Sequence record: OZ196593.1
Length of the DNA: 64,000 nucleotides
Reading direction: 5' to 3' (one strand)
Shown: positions 39,294 through 48,398 of the stretch, in pieces
How the letters are laid out: each line of letters starts with the position of its first letter
Numbering within the stretch: position 1 is the stretch's first letter
The notes under the pieces: model-generated
Told to the model about the DNA's origin: nothing
Databases searched by the model: none
The model's input: only the letters and a program-made list of their open reading frames with translations
Program-made: the position numbers and the translations under genes

Positions 39294-39855
39294 AACACCA
39301 ACTACGAAGAACGTTCCGCTTAAAGTCGGCACTAAGCTGTCAGTGGATTGGAAGTATGTGAACTCGCTAGTGCAAAACGATGTTAATCTTGAACTCATCT
39401 ATGAGTCTGACACGCAATACATCTTCTTAGATCTAGATAGCAACCTCGGCGCGACATTCTCGATGTCAAGAATCACCGGTGATGTTCATCGTACATCAGA
39501 CCGACGTGCGATATTCAACACATTTCAAACTGACACGGGCGAACCTATTGTAGTTGAACGCGGTCAGCTTTGCGTGGCTGTTGATTGTGTATCTGAAGAG
39601 AAAATGCAATACACGCCAATCAAGCGCGGTGATACGCTGAGAACGCATCACTATGGCTCGCTTGAGCGTTCGACTGCTGTCGTGTTATTCGTAACGCCTG
39701 AGTTCATCACTGTAGAAAGCAATAATGCACCGTTTACGTTCAGTCGAAGCGAAATCATTCGACGCGAATATTCGTACATCGCATCTAATCGCGGCTGTAA
39801 GATCGATACTGAAATCTTCTGTGGTATCCCTGAAAAGGATTCGATTGCACAATGA
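39268..39855 (+). CDS. Hypothetical protein
   Basis: 195 aa ORF overlapping neighbours. Confidence 0.6.
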   Translation: MMYFPKRIKTPTTKNVPLKVGTKLSVDWKYVNSLVQNDVNLELIYESDTQYIFLDLDSNLGATFSMSRITGDVHRTSDRRAIFNTFQTDTGEPIVVERGQLCVAVDCVSEEKMQYTPIKRGDTLRTHHYGSLERSTAVVLFVTPEFITVESNNAPFTFSRSEIIRREYSYIASNRGCKIDTEIFCGIPEKDSIAQ

Positions 39856-40319
39856 AGTATCAAGCCATAAACGAGTTTGACTTTGCAAACGGCGAGGGTG
39901 TTCGATTGAGCATCTTCGTTTCTGGTTGTATTCATCGCTGCGCGGGCTGCTACAACGAATCGACGTGGGATGTGAACGATGGTATCGAATTCACTGACGA
40001 AACGTTTAGAAGCGTTCTGAGCGCGTTAGAACATCACGACGGTCTGAGTCTATCGGGCGGTGATCCGCTTCATGAAGACAATCGCAAAGTGATACTTGAT
40101 ATCTGCCGAGCTGCAAAAGAGCTGTATCCCGGGAAAGACATTTGGCTATGGAGCGGCTACAAATATAATTCTGTTTATCATCTTGAAATTATGAATTATA
40201 TTGATGTCTTCATAGACGGGAAATATAAACGTCATCAGCCGACTACTAAAGCGTGGCGCGGGTCTGATAATCAAATCATGTACGTTCGCGTAGATGATAA
40301 ACTAATCAATAAGGGATAA
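39852..40319 (+). CDS. nrdG: Anaerobic RNR activase (radical SAM)
   Basis: ANGEGVR..FVSGCIHRCAGC, SGGDPL, RGSDNQ. Confidence 0.95.
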   Translation: MKYQAINEFDFANGEGVRLSIFVSGCIHRCAGCYNESTWDVNDGIEFTDETFRSVLSALEHHDGLSLSGGDPLHEDNRKVILDICRAAKELYPGKDIWLWSGYKYNSVYHLEIMNYIDVFIDGKYKRHQPTTKAWRGSDNQIMYVRVDDKLINKG

Positions 40320-40320
40320 T

Positions 40321-40845
40321 ATGAGTTGCGTTTGGATTACAAGTGACCTGCATATTGGTCACAAAAACATCGGGAAGTTTCGCGACGGTATCGAAGATAC
40401 TCAAGCAAACACCGATTGGATTGTTGACTTCTGGCTGAAGAACGTGCGCAAGCGCGATACAGTAATCATGCTAGGGGATACTGCGTTCACAGAAGAAGCA
40501 ATCGGCATTTTAGCGGGCTTACCGGGTCGCAAAGTGCAATACGGTGGGAATCACGATGATTTACCCGTCACAAGCTACATGCGTGCGTTTGACGTGATTC
40601 GTGGCTGTGAGAAGTTCAAGAAACTTGGTTGGCTAAGTCATTTCCCACTTCACCCCGACGAGCTGCGCGGTCATTTCAGCATTCACGGTCACGTGCATTA
40701 TCAAACGATTGATGATTATCGTTACGTCAACGTGTGCTGCGACAACTTACAGCGCAATATTGGTCAGCCGATGATTCGTTTGACTGATCTTCGTCAATTG
40801 CTCGACAAACGTCGTGAATCAAAAGAGGTCTCTTACGACTTCTAA
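40321..40845 (+). CDS. Calcineurin-like metallophosphoesterase
   Basis: SDLHIGH, LGD, GNHD, SHFP, HGHVH. Confidence 0.9.
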   Translation: MSCVWITSDLHIGHKNIGKFRDGIEDTQANTDWIVDFWLKNVRKRDTVIMLGDTAFTEEAIGILAGLPGRKVQYGGNHDDLPVTSYMRAFDVIRGCEKFKKLGWLSHFPLHPDELRGHFSIHGHVHYQTIDDYRYVNVCCDNLQRNIGQPMIRLTDLRQLLDKRRESKEVSYDF

Positions 40846-40868
40846 TCCGTAGTCTATCTGCATGAACA

Positions 40869-40876
40869 TCTAAATA
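40869..40876 (+). promoter_or_regulatory. Late promoter variant TCTAAATA
   Basis: Upstream of 40909. Confidence 0.55.
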
Positions 40877-40908
40877 CAGGCATGTATTAAAAATGGTGTT
40901 CATGCACT

Positions 40909-41754
40909 ATGATAGATGTTTTATTGAGATATAACGTCAAGATACTCAATAGTCGAAAGCTTGTTATCTACACAGATGAGAATCGCTTGAAGCTAATTGT
41001 GGACTTGGCTAAAGAACTCGATGGCGAATACGTTAAGTGTGACCCGGGCAGTTCAATTGGTTGTATACAGATGGATAAATGCAGAATATACGTCAAACCA
41101 ATATCTAATCCTGGCATCGAGAATGAACGCAATTTCTATACTATTGTAAAGCAACACATTGATTCTGGCTGCAAGCGAATTAAGATTGGTCGACGCGTGA
41201 TCACGAATGTACTGTCAATTGAAATGACGGGGCACGACACGAAGAACAACAAAAAAGCCGATATGGTGATTCATACCAGTAGCGGTGAAGTTCCGATCTC
41301 TATCAAAAAATCAAATGCTGAACGTTGGGCAAGCACTGACGTTATTCATGGCGTTGAAGCACGCAAGCTACTAGATCAAATGGTTCACGATGACACAGTA
41401 AAACTTTCGGATTATTCGGACTGTGGCAAAGTCAAGCGATTAAGTCAACCGATTGCTCGTCGTCTCAAAGAGACTGAGATCAATCAAGTAGTATTCGGCT
41501 CTGATATCTTGAACAATGGCGTGGTTATCGTCAATAGCTTTACATTAGATGATTTTGTTTTCAATAACGATACACTACATATTAGCGGTGAAGTGCTTTA
41601 TTCGTCTGCTGACGTTAAAGACACGATTTACCACCCGTATATGATGATTAGAAATGACGCTTGTCGCCGTAGTAAGGCATTGCCTTATGGTGTACGAGTT
41701 GAAGTTGTATTCGAGTCACGAATTACGAAAAACACGATTGTTTACGAGGAGTAA
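40909..41754 (+). CDS. Putative PD-(D/E)xK nuclease-fold protein
   Basis: E...KADM...PISIKK pattern. Confidence 0.5.
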   Translation: MIDVLLRYNVKILNSRKLVIYTDENRLKLIVDLAKELDGEYVKCDPGSSIGCIQMDKCRIYVKPISNPGIENERNFYTIVKQHIDSGCKRIKIGRRVITNVLSIEMTGHDTKNNKKADMVIHTSSGEVPISIKKSNAERWASTDVIHGVEARKLLDQMVHDDTVKLSDYSDCGKVKRLSQPIARRLKETEINQVVFGSDILNNGVVIVNSFTLDDFVFNNDTLHISGEVLYSSADVKDTIYHPYMMIRNDACRRSKALPYGVRVEVVFESRITKNTIVYEE

Positions 41755-41757
41755 CCA

Positions 41758-42579
41758 TTGAACATTAAAGATAGAATAGAAGAGCTAATCGGCTCGGTTC
41801 ACAACTGCACTACCAAAGATGGTGTATGTGAAATCGAAAAGCTGTACGCTCAGAAGAAAAAAGAACTAGGTGCGAACATTACTCCTATGATGGACATCCG
41901 CGTGCGCGATGCAATTCGTGGTAAATGTGACATGTTCGACGCTGAAGCTGCTGAACGCGACGAAGCAAAGCAAGTGAAGGAAACTGAAGCTGCGGCTGCT
42001 GCTATTGCGGGTAAATTCGACGAGGGTTTGCATCACACGACCGAGAAAGAGTTTTTCTTGCACGAGACTGTGATTGATGAATCAGCGATTGATGCAATGT
42101 GTATCATGGACGTTGACGGCAGTATCCCAACGAACGGTCACAAAGAGCTGAGTAAATCGCTTGCTGAAGCGTGTGAGCACGTTAACGCTCAAGGTCGAAT
42201 CTTTGTACCAGAAGAAGCAAACAAGCTGTTGAGCATCAACGAGCGCGTTGAAATCATAGAATCGTTCTCTGACGTTGACGTTGTTCCGAAAGGCGTGATG
42301 TTTGCTGAAGTTGAGCAGTTGATCGAGCGCGACATTACTCGCGTGTTTGCATTCGTTGAATCTGACAAAGTAGCTGAATATCGTCGCCTCGGTAAACACT
42401 TCTTGCGTTCTGGCGGTCATCGTTTTGAGATCGTTGAAATCAAGAACAAAGTACCATCGAACATCGTTGAGAATTTGATTCGCGATGACAGTCTAGAAGA
42501 GTTTTTCGAGCAGATGCCGATGCCAATGAACGAAGCCGAGAAGATCTTTGATCGTCAGCTTGAACGTCTATTGGGGTAA
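41758..42579 (+). CDS. Putative HIGH-superfamily nucleotidyltransferase-like protein (divergent)
   Basis: IPTNGHKEL, LSINERV, FVESDKVAEY. Confidence 0.45.
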   Translation: MNIKDRIEELIGSVHNCTTKDGVCEIEKLYAQKKKELGANITPMMDIRVRDAIRGKCDMFDAEAAERDEAKQVKETEAAAAAIAGKFDEGLHHTTEKEFFLHETVIDESAIDAMCIMDVDGSIPTNGHKELSKSLAEACEHVNAQGRIFVPEEANKLLSINERVEIIESFSDVDVVPKGVMFAEVEQLIERDITRVFAFVESDKVAEYRRLGKHFLRSGGHRFEIVEIKNKVPSNIVENLIRDDSLEEFFEQMPMPMNEAEKIFDRQLERLLG

Positions 42580-42582
42580 TCT

Positions 42583-43068
42583 ATGGCAAATACTGCTAAA
42601 CGAGGCGCAGACGGCTTTTATGCACTGCGTCTGTCTACTCTGTTGCACATGCCGTTTCAGAAATGGGATGCATATAAGCGCGGTATCATCGATAAAGATG
42701 GTAAAAAGCTGCGTGACGCTGAATCAAGCGAGAAAGGTTCGTGGACGTTGTTTCACGTGACCGTAGCTAACATCAAGAAAATGGTGAACATGCTACCGGG
42801 TGGGCGTACTGCATTAGATTACGGCGCGTCGTATCTGTTGATGATTGAGATCAAAGATCACTACAATTTAAGTGACGAGTTCATCAATGAACTGCGTTCG
42901 CTCGAAGAAGAAATGGTCGCAGGTGATGCGGGTGACGGAAGTGGCTCGGCAGAGTCAATTGCAACTGGTGAAACTACTGGTGCAATAACTAACGCAGGTG
43001 CGGGAGCAACTGCAAAGCCGAAGAAGAAAAAGAAGAAAAAGCTGAAGAAATTCAGACATTTCGACTAA
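42583..43068 (+). CDS. gp61.1-like conserved protein
   Basis: EEMVAGDAG...IATGETTGAITN and Lys-rich tail; directly upstream of primase. Confidence 0.6.
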   Translation: MANTAKRGADGFYALRLSTLLHMPFQKWDAYKRGIIDKDGKKLRDAESSEKGSWTLFHVTVANIKKMVNMLPGGRTALDYGASYLLMIEIKDHYNLSDEFINELRSLEEEMVAGDAGDGSGSAESIATGETTGAITNAGAGATAKPKKKKKKKLKKFRHFD

Positions 43069-43070
43069 AA

Positions 43071-43093
43071 TAGGGGCGTTTTCGCCCCTTTTT
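43071..43093 (+). terminator. Terminator
   Basis: AGGGGCG-TTTT-CGCCCCTTTTT. Confidence 0.8.
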
Positions 43094-43095
43094 AA

Positions 43096-43126
43096 TGTTT
43101 AACGTTCGTGAAACTCGTGTGATAAT
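43096..43126 (+). promoter_or_regulatory. TGTTTAAC-N17-GATAAT promoter (primase)
   Basis: Recurrent motif. Confidence 0.7.
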
Positions 43127-43145
43127 GTTCACAAGAGGATATATT

Positions 43146-44213
43146 ATGCAAATACTGATTGATATACAATACGCAAAAATGCTACAGCACCGATTGTTAT
43201 TACCAAAAGTACATAGTAATCGTCCCTTCAAAATAAATGCTCGTTGTCCCGTATGCGGTGACTCGAAAAAGAACAAATACAAGACTCGTTTTTGGATCAA
43301 TGAAGTGAAGACAAAAGCAGGTGAAGTTCATCTTCGCTGTAGTTGTTGGAACTGTGATTTGAATGTGTCGTTGTTTCAGTTTCTGAAAGATCACGAGCCG
43401 TCATTATTCTCGCAATATCGTGTTGATCTGTTCAAAGAGAGGAATTCCCGTGAAAGAAAGGAAAGACCGCCTGAACCTGTTAAAGAGAATGCAGCAAATG
43501 CAGCGCCTGTTGTCGTTGAGAAAGAGCAAGAAGAGCAGCTTTTCCACAACATCACCGCGCTAAAAGAAGGTCATGTGTTGCACAAGTATCTTGACTCGCG
43601 CAAAATCCCACATGACAAATGGCATTTACTCGGCTTTACTCGTGGCTGGTCACAGATGGCGAAGACATTACGCCCCGATTTATATGAGGGCGAGATTCGT
43701 CAAGATCACCCGCGTCTCGTGATTCCGATATACAACAAAGATGGGTTGGTGGCAGTGCAAGGTCGTGCTTTGACTAACAAGCACGCGCAGCGTTACATGA
43801 CCATCAAAATCGACGACGATTTCAACAAAATCTACGGTACTGAGCGAATCAATGAAGACGACGACGTTATTTTCGTTGAGGGCCCAATTGATAGTTTATT
43901 CCTATACAATTGTTGTGCTATCGTAGGTGGACAAGTAAGTCCGCAGAACGCACCATACGCGGGTCATCGCATATGGGCACTTGATAATGAACCGCGACAT
44001 CCCGATGTAGTGAAGCGTATGCAGTCACTTATCAAAGCAGGTGAGCGTGTAGTTATCTGGGATAAACTCCCGCCTGTAATTGCAGGCAAGAAAGATATTA
44101 ACGACTTCGTGAAAGCGGGCGTTAATGCTGAGTTCATTCAGCAATACATTTATGACAACGCAGTAAGCGGCTTGATCGCTACTAATAGATTAAACAGATG
44201 GAAGAAAATTTAA
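43146..44213 (+). CDS. gp61: DNA primase
   Basis: RCPVCGDS...CWNC zinc ribbon, EGPIDSLF, DNEPR, KDIND. Confidence 0.96.
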   Translation: MQILIDIQYAKMLQHRLLLPKVHSNRPFKINARCPVCGDSKKNKYKTRFWINEVKTKAGEVHLRCSCWNCDLNVSLFQFLKDHEPSLFSQYRVDLFKERNSRERKERPPEPVKENAANAAPVVVEKEQEEQLFHNITALKEGHVLHKYLDSRKIPHDKWHLLGFTRGWSQMAKTLRPDLYEGEIRQDHPRLVIPIYNKDGLVAVQGRALTNKHAQRYMTIKIDDDFNKIYGTERINEDDDVIFVEGPIDSLFLYNCCAIVGGQVSPQNAPYAGHRIWALDNEPRHPDVVKRMQSLIKAGERVVIWDKLPPVIAGKKDINDFVKAGVNAEFIQQYIYDNAVSGLIATNRLNRWKKI

Positions 44214-44710
44214 TGAAGATTGTATACCTACCGCACTACAAAGCAAACGAAGAACTTGGTCTTGAGGCAATCGAGCCGCTTAAAGTAACAGACCCAGACA
44301 ATGCAGGTGTCGATATGCGTGCAGCAATCACAGACCGTATTGAGCTTGCTCCGGGTGAAGACGCAGTTATCCCGACTGGCGTTAAGATTCACATTGGTTC
44401 ACATCATCTTCATTCGTCATTCACAGATGCGGGTGTTTATGGTATGGCAGCACCGCGTTCAGGAATGGGCTTCAAATACTACGTTCGACTAGCAAACACG
44501 CTTGGCATCATCGACGCGAACTATCAAGGCGAGATTATGATCAAGATGCGTAACGAGGGTGACCATACAGTTACAATCGAGCGCGGTGACCGTTTCTGTC
44601 AGCTTATCTTCCAACTGTACGTAAAAGGCGTTGAGTTTGAAGCTGTTGACGAGTTCGACGAAGAAACTGAACGTGGTGATGGTGGTTTTGGTAAAAGTGG
44701 GGTGAAATAA
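44213..44710 (+). CDS. dut: Trimeric dUTPase
   Basis: AGVDM, PRSGMG, GIIDANYQGE, RGDGGFGKSG. Confidence 0.95.
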   Translation: MKIVYLPHYKANEELGLEAIEPLKVTDPDNAGVDMRAAITDRIELAPGEDAVIPTGVKIHIGSHHLHSSFTDAGVYGMAAPRSGMGFKYYVRLANTLGIIDANYQGEIMIKMRNEGDHTVTIERGDRFCQLIFQLYVKGVEFEAVDEFDEETERGDGGFGKSGVK

Positions 44711-44952
44711 TGGACGAAGCAGAAATTCTAGAAAGCTTTGAAGTGTACGATCTGATTGAGCTAATCACTGACCCAGATCTCGAAGAAGCATTGCGACTTG
44801 ATATCGCTCGTGAGGGTGAGCACAAGACAAAAATGGTCAACAATCGAAAATGGACTCTTGGTCAGATCTCTGATCAAGATAAGAAAATCGAGCGTAAACT
44901 TGCAGTGTTACATAAAATCTTAGACGTGAAAAAGGTGGTCGACGGTGAGTAA
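44710..44952 (+). CDS. Hypothetical protein
   Basis: 80 aa ORF coupled to dut. Confidence 0.6.
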   Translation: MDEAEILESFEVYDLIELITDPDLEEALRLDIAREGEHKTKMVNNRKWTLGQISDQDKKIERKLAVLHKILDVKKVVDGE

Positions 44953-45637
44953 TGACAAACCAGTATACGACGTGCTGATAGATTATGAGGGATTCGACAC
45001 GACTCCCGAAGCAGCGGTCATCGAATTGGGTGCAGTTGTGTTTGAACACGACTTCACTAAAGTGCCAGACTACAATGAACTTGTGAAGAACTCGTTCCGT
45101 TGTAAGTTTGAAATCAAATCTCAGAAAGGCAAGCGCAGCATCAACAAAGCTACGGTTCAGTGGTGGTCTGAGCAGACGAAAGAAGCTAAAGAGATTCTAA
45201 TCCCTAGCATTCACGACGTTAGCGTAGAAGAGGGTCACAAGCTGTTCATCGAGTGGATTGAAAATGAAACGAAGTACGATGGTCGTTCTCATTTCTACTG
45301 TCGCGGTAATAACTACGATATTCCGCTAATGGCTGACTGTTTCCGCTATTCAGGTCTTCGACACGCAATCATCGACCGTTTCTGGAAGTTCCGTGACGTT
45401 CGTACGCGTATCGAAGCACTAATGCTGCAACGTGATATGTGTAAAGTGCCGATTAAGCGCGATGCAATGCCTGGGTTCATTCACCACAATGGCGTACACG
45501 ATTGCGCGAAAGACGTGATGATGCTAATCATGGCAGCACGTTATGCACTTGACCTTGAAGAACTTCCAGAGAAAATGGAATGTCACGAAGTGTCAGTTAA
45601 TTTCACCGACGAAGAAAAAGAGGAACTTGGTCTATGA
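44945..45637 (+). CDS. dexA: Exonuclease A (DnaQ-like)
   Basis: LIDYE, KFEIKSQKGKR..TVQWW, CRGNNYDIP, HDCAKD. Confidence 0.9.
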   Translation: MSNDKPVYDVLIDYEGFDTTPEAAVIELGAVVFEHDFTKVPDYNELVKNSFRCKFEIKSQKGKRSINKATVQWWSEQTKEAKEILIPSIHDVSVEEGHKLFIEWIENETKYDGRSHFYCRGNNYDIPLMADCFRYSGLRHAIIDRFWKFRDVRTRIEALMLQRDMCKVPIKRDAMPGFIHHNGVHDCAKDVMMLIMAARYALDLEELPEKMECHEVSVNFTDEEKEELGL

Positions 45638-45795
45638 TCATCGCTGTACATTTGCTTTCACAAGCAAAGCCAGTAACACACGAGCACGTTAAGAACGCGT
45701 ATACGAAAGACGGCTTGTATTGTGTGATGCTGAAAAGCGGTACGATTTATAAGTACCCGCTAGTGAATATTTTCCGAATCACAGAAAATATGTAA
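45634..45795 (+). CDS. 53-aa hypothetical protein (not in ORF track)
   Basis: MIIAVHLLSQAKPVTHEHVKNAYTKDGLYCV..., ATGA-coupled to dexA. Confidence 0.55.
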   Translation: MIIAVHLLSQAKPVTHEHVKNAYTKDGLYCVMLKSGTIYKYPLVNIFRITENM

Positions 45796-45801
45796 AAACG
45801 G

Positions 45802-45830
45802 TTGCGTTGTTTGTTTCACTCGATTATATT
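45802..45830 (+). promoter_or_regulatory. Early promoter TTGCGT-N17-TATATT
   Basis: Upstream of 45866 with AAAGAGAACATTATG leader. Confidence 0.7.
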
Positions 45831-45865
45831 AGTGTCTCAAACAACGCAACTACAAAGAGAACATT

Positions 45866-46390
45866 ATGAAGCACACATTTACATTCAATAATATTTGGTT
45901 TAACGTAACAATCGAGAATCGCAAAGTGACTGCTTTTGAAGAGCACGATCACTATGCAGGTGGTATGTTACTAATTCCGAAAGATGTAGTTCCTGAGCAT
46001 TGGGTGTACGCTAATATTGCGAATCGCATTGCAGAGCCGAATGCGCTCATATCAGTGCAACGCTTTTTAACGCTGCACACTGACAACGGTTGGCGCCCGA
46101 AAACTGAGTATCGTCCATTAGTGAATGAATATGAGGGTCAAGCGTACTCTTTATTCATTGCAGGTACTACGGTCATTGTGCGTGCTCGTGCTGTGATGTG
46201 TGAGCCGTCAGTTAATGAATTTTTTGAAGATGATTTGTGTGATCTGAATCGCGAAGGCACTGCGTTACAGTTAATTTTGATGCACAATCAAGGTATCATT
46301 GATGTCGAAGTTCTATCTGAAGAGAAGACTTTCAACGATATCATGAATGAAGTTTTACCATATGTGCCAGAGGAACCGCACGATGTCTAG
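45866..46390 (+). CDS. Early hypothetical protein
   Basis: 174 aa ORF. Confidence 0.65.
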   Translation: MKHTFTFNNIWFNVTIENRKVTAFEEHDHYAGGMLLIPKDVVPEHWVYANIANRIAEPNALISVQRFLTLHTDNGWRPKTEYRPLVNEYEGQAYSLFIAGTTVIVRARAVMCEPSVNEFFEDDLCDLNREGTALQLILMHNQGIIDVEVLSEEKTFNDIMNEVLPYVPEEPHDV

Positions 46391-46619
46391 AATTAGACTA
46401 GGCGACTTCATCACATTAGTTGAGAAAATCGACGATGACGAATTTTTCGGTCAGCTTATCGAGATCTTCGTCTGTGAATGGGGTGGTTATTTTATGCGCC
46501 TTGTTGATGATTGCGGCAATGATGTCACGGTTCACAGCGGTAATGTGAAGACAATCAACGGGGTTTATGTGAGCAATTTATCATACGACAAGTATGGTCT
46601 GAAAATAGAGGTATTATAG
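46383..46619 (+). CDS. Small hypothetical protein
   Basis: Start at ATG 46383 after GAGG SD. Confidence 0.55.
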   Translation: MSRIRLGDFITLVEKIDDDEFFGQLIEIFVCEWGGYFMRLVDDCGNDVTVHSGNVKTINGVYVSNLSYDKYGLKIEVL

Positions 46620-47065
46620 TGAAGGGATATTGTTTCGTAAATCGCTACTGCAAGGGAATTCAAGCGGGAATTCAAGGTGCTCATGCACTGCTACGACTGT
46701 CCGGTTCAGAAAATCGAGAAGAATTCGATAAGTGGTTGCAAAAGTATGAAACTATCTGTATTCTGTCTGCTGCTAGTTCTACTCACTTAGCTGAAATCTC
46801 AGTTGAGCTTGAAGATATGGACAATGCAGTCGAAGACATTGCAGTTTTCAAAGAAGAAGGGCTGAACGACGCGATCACTGCTGTTGCTTTCATCGGTACT
46901 GAACTGTTAATTCAAGTTCAAGCTGAAATGAAAGAATGGCGCGACCTGCGCAAAATCGGTGAGGGTCCAAATCGTCGCATATTTGATTCTGACATGCACT
47001 ACAAATATGGTCAGACTTACCAACTTGCAAAATTTTTAGAAGGATTCAGATCTCATGACGGCTAA
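46619..47065 (+). CDS. Putative PTH2-fold (peptidyl-tRNA hydrolase II-like) protein
   Basis: GIQAGIQGAHA, W...ETICIL, F.EEGLNDAITAV. Confidence 0.45.
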   Translation: MKGYCFVNRYCKGIQAGIQGAHALLRLSGSENREEFDKWLQKYETICILSAASSTHLAEISVELEDMDNAVEDIAVFKEEGLNDAITAVAFIGTELLIQVQAEMKEWRDLRKIGEGPNRRIFDSDMHYKYGQTYQLAKFLEGFRSHDG

Positions 47066-47282
47066 TCTAACACTAACTACTGCTACACGTTTCAACGATA
47101 TTATGTCACGTAATGACGTTGATGTTAAATGCACAGTAATCGGTTCTGAGTACATCACATCGGTGTATAAAGATGGCGCGATTCTTGCCGAGCGCATTAT
47201 TGAAATGAAATCGGCTGAACACTTCGAAGTCACGCTCCCTGAGCCTGTACGCGAAGCACGTAAAACAAGCAAACTACCGTAA
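47055..47282 (+). CDS. Small hypothetical protein
   Basis: 75 aa ORF. Confidence 0.55.
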   Translation: MTANLTLTTATRFNDIMSRNDVDVKCTVIGSEYITSVYKDGAILAERIIEMKSAEHFEVTLPEPVREARKTSKLP

Positions 47283-47292
47283 GGGGTGTGAC

Positions 47293-47490
47293 ATGAAACG
47301 CAATAAAGGGTTTACTCTCATTGAAATTATCGTTCTCGTTATCATCATCGGCATTGCATCAAGCATCGGTCTAGGATTGATATCTGGTGATCAAGCGACG
47401 TTGTACCCGAATCAAGCTGATACGATCATCGAGATCAATGGTCAAACCATGCAATGCACCCCTATTATCAATCTCGACGACGATTTCTAG
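47293..47490 (+). CDS. Type IV prepilin-like peptide
   Basis: MKRNKG/FTLIE class III signal followed by a hydrophobic helix. Confidence 0.8.
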   Translation: MKRNKGFTLIEIIVLVIIIGIASSIGLGLISGDQATLYPNQADTIIEINGQTMQCTPIINLDDDF

Positions 47491-47498
47491 GGAAATTA

Positions 47499-48398
47499 AT
47501 GGAAAATTACTTAAATTTGTGTCAAGACATTCTTGACAATGGTGACGAACTAGAGAATCGCACGGGCACGAAAACGCTCAGTGTGATTTCTCGTGAGCTT
47601 CGATGGGACTTGAGTAAAGGTTTCCCTTTGCTGACAACTAAGAAAATGGCAACTAAAGCTATTATCGGTGAGTTGTTGTGGTTCTTGAGAGGATCAGGTT
47701 CAATTGCTGAACTACGCAAATACACGAATCTGACCGACGAACAGTTCTGTATCTGGCAGCAAAATCTAGATGAGCTGAACGAACGTGCGAAGAAAGCAGG
47801 TATTGTGCGTAACGAAGACGATCTTGGCTACGTTTACGGTAAAGTTTGGCGAAAACGCTTGTCTGTGAATGCAGATAAAGAAGTCGTTGAGTTCGACCAG
47901 ATTCATCAACTACTGTGTGATATCGCAGACGTTAAAGCTGATCCAACGAAGTCTGCACAGCGTCGTATGCTAGTAGAAGCATGGGACCCGCACTTCCATA
48001 CTGAAGAGAATTCGCTTGATGTTGCACTGCCACCGTGTCATTACGGCTTTCAAGTGTTCGTACGCAACGGCAGAATCTCTCTAAAGTGGAATCAGCGTTC
48101 AGTTGATACATTCTTGGGCTTGCCGTTCAACATCGCGTCATACGCGCTTCTAGTGCATATTCTAGCGCAGTTGACTGGTCTTAAAGTCGGTGAGTTGATT
48201 TTCAGTGGCGGTGATGTGCATCTTTACGAAGATCACGTGCTGCAAGTTCTGAAACAGCTACGACGTGAGCCACGCACGCTACCGCAAATTCAGTTACCTG
48301 AGTTTGACACGCTTAATCAGTTGTTGACAAAGACCGCGAAAGACTTTGTTATCTACGACTACAACCCATACCCCGCATTGAAAGGTAAGATGTCATGA
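47499..48398 (+). CDS. td: Thymidylate synthase
   Basis: NRTGTKT, FPLLTTKK, ALPPCH, QRSVDTFLGLPFNIASY. Confidence 0.97.
   Translation: MENYLNLCQDILDNGDELENRTGTKTLSVISRELRWDLSKGFPLLTTKKMATKAIIGELLWFLRGSGSIAELRKYTNLTDEQFCIWQQNLDELNERAKKAGIVRNEDDLGYVYGKVWRKRLSVNADKEVVEFDQIHQLLCDIADVKADPTKSAQRRMLVEAWDPHFHTEENSLDVALPPCHYGFQVFVRNGRISLKWNQRSVDTFLGLPFNIASYALLVHILAQLTGLKVGELIFSGGDVHLYEDHVLQVLKQLRREPRTLPQIQLPEFDTLNQLLTKTAKDFVIYDYNPYPALKGKMS

Noticed and set aside
47499-48398. Group I intron in td as in T4
   Set aside because: The ORF is continuous and of normal length with all motifs in frame.
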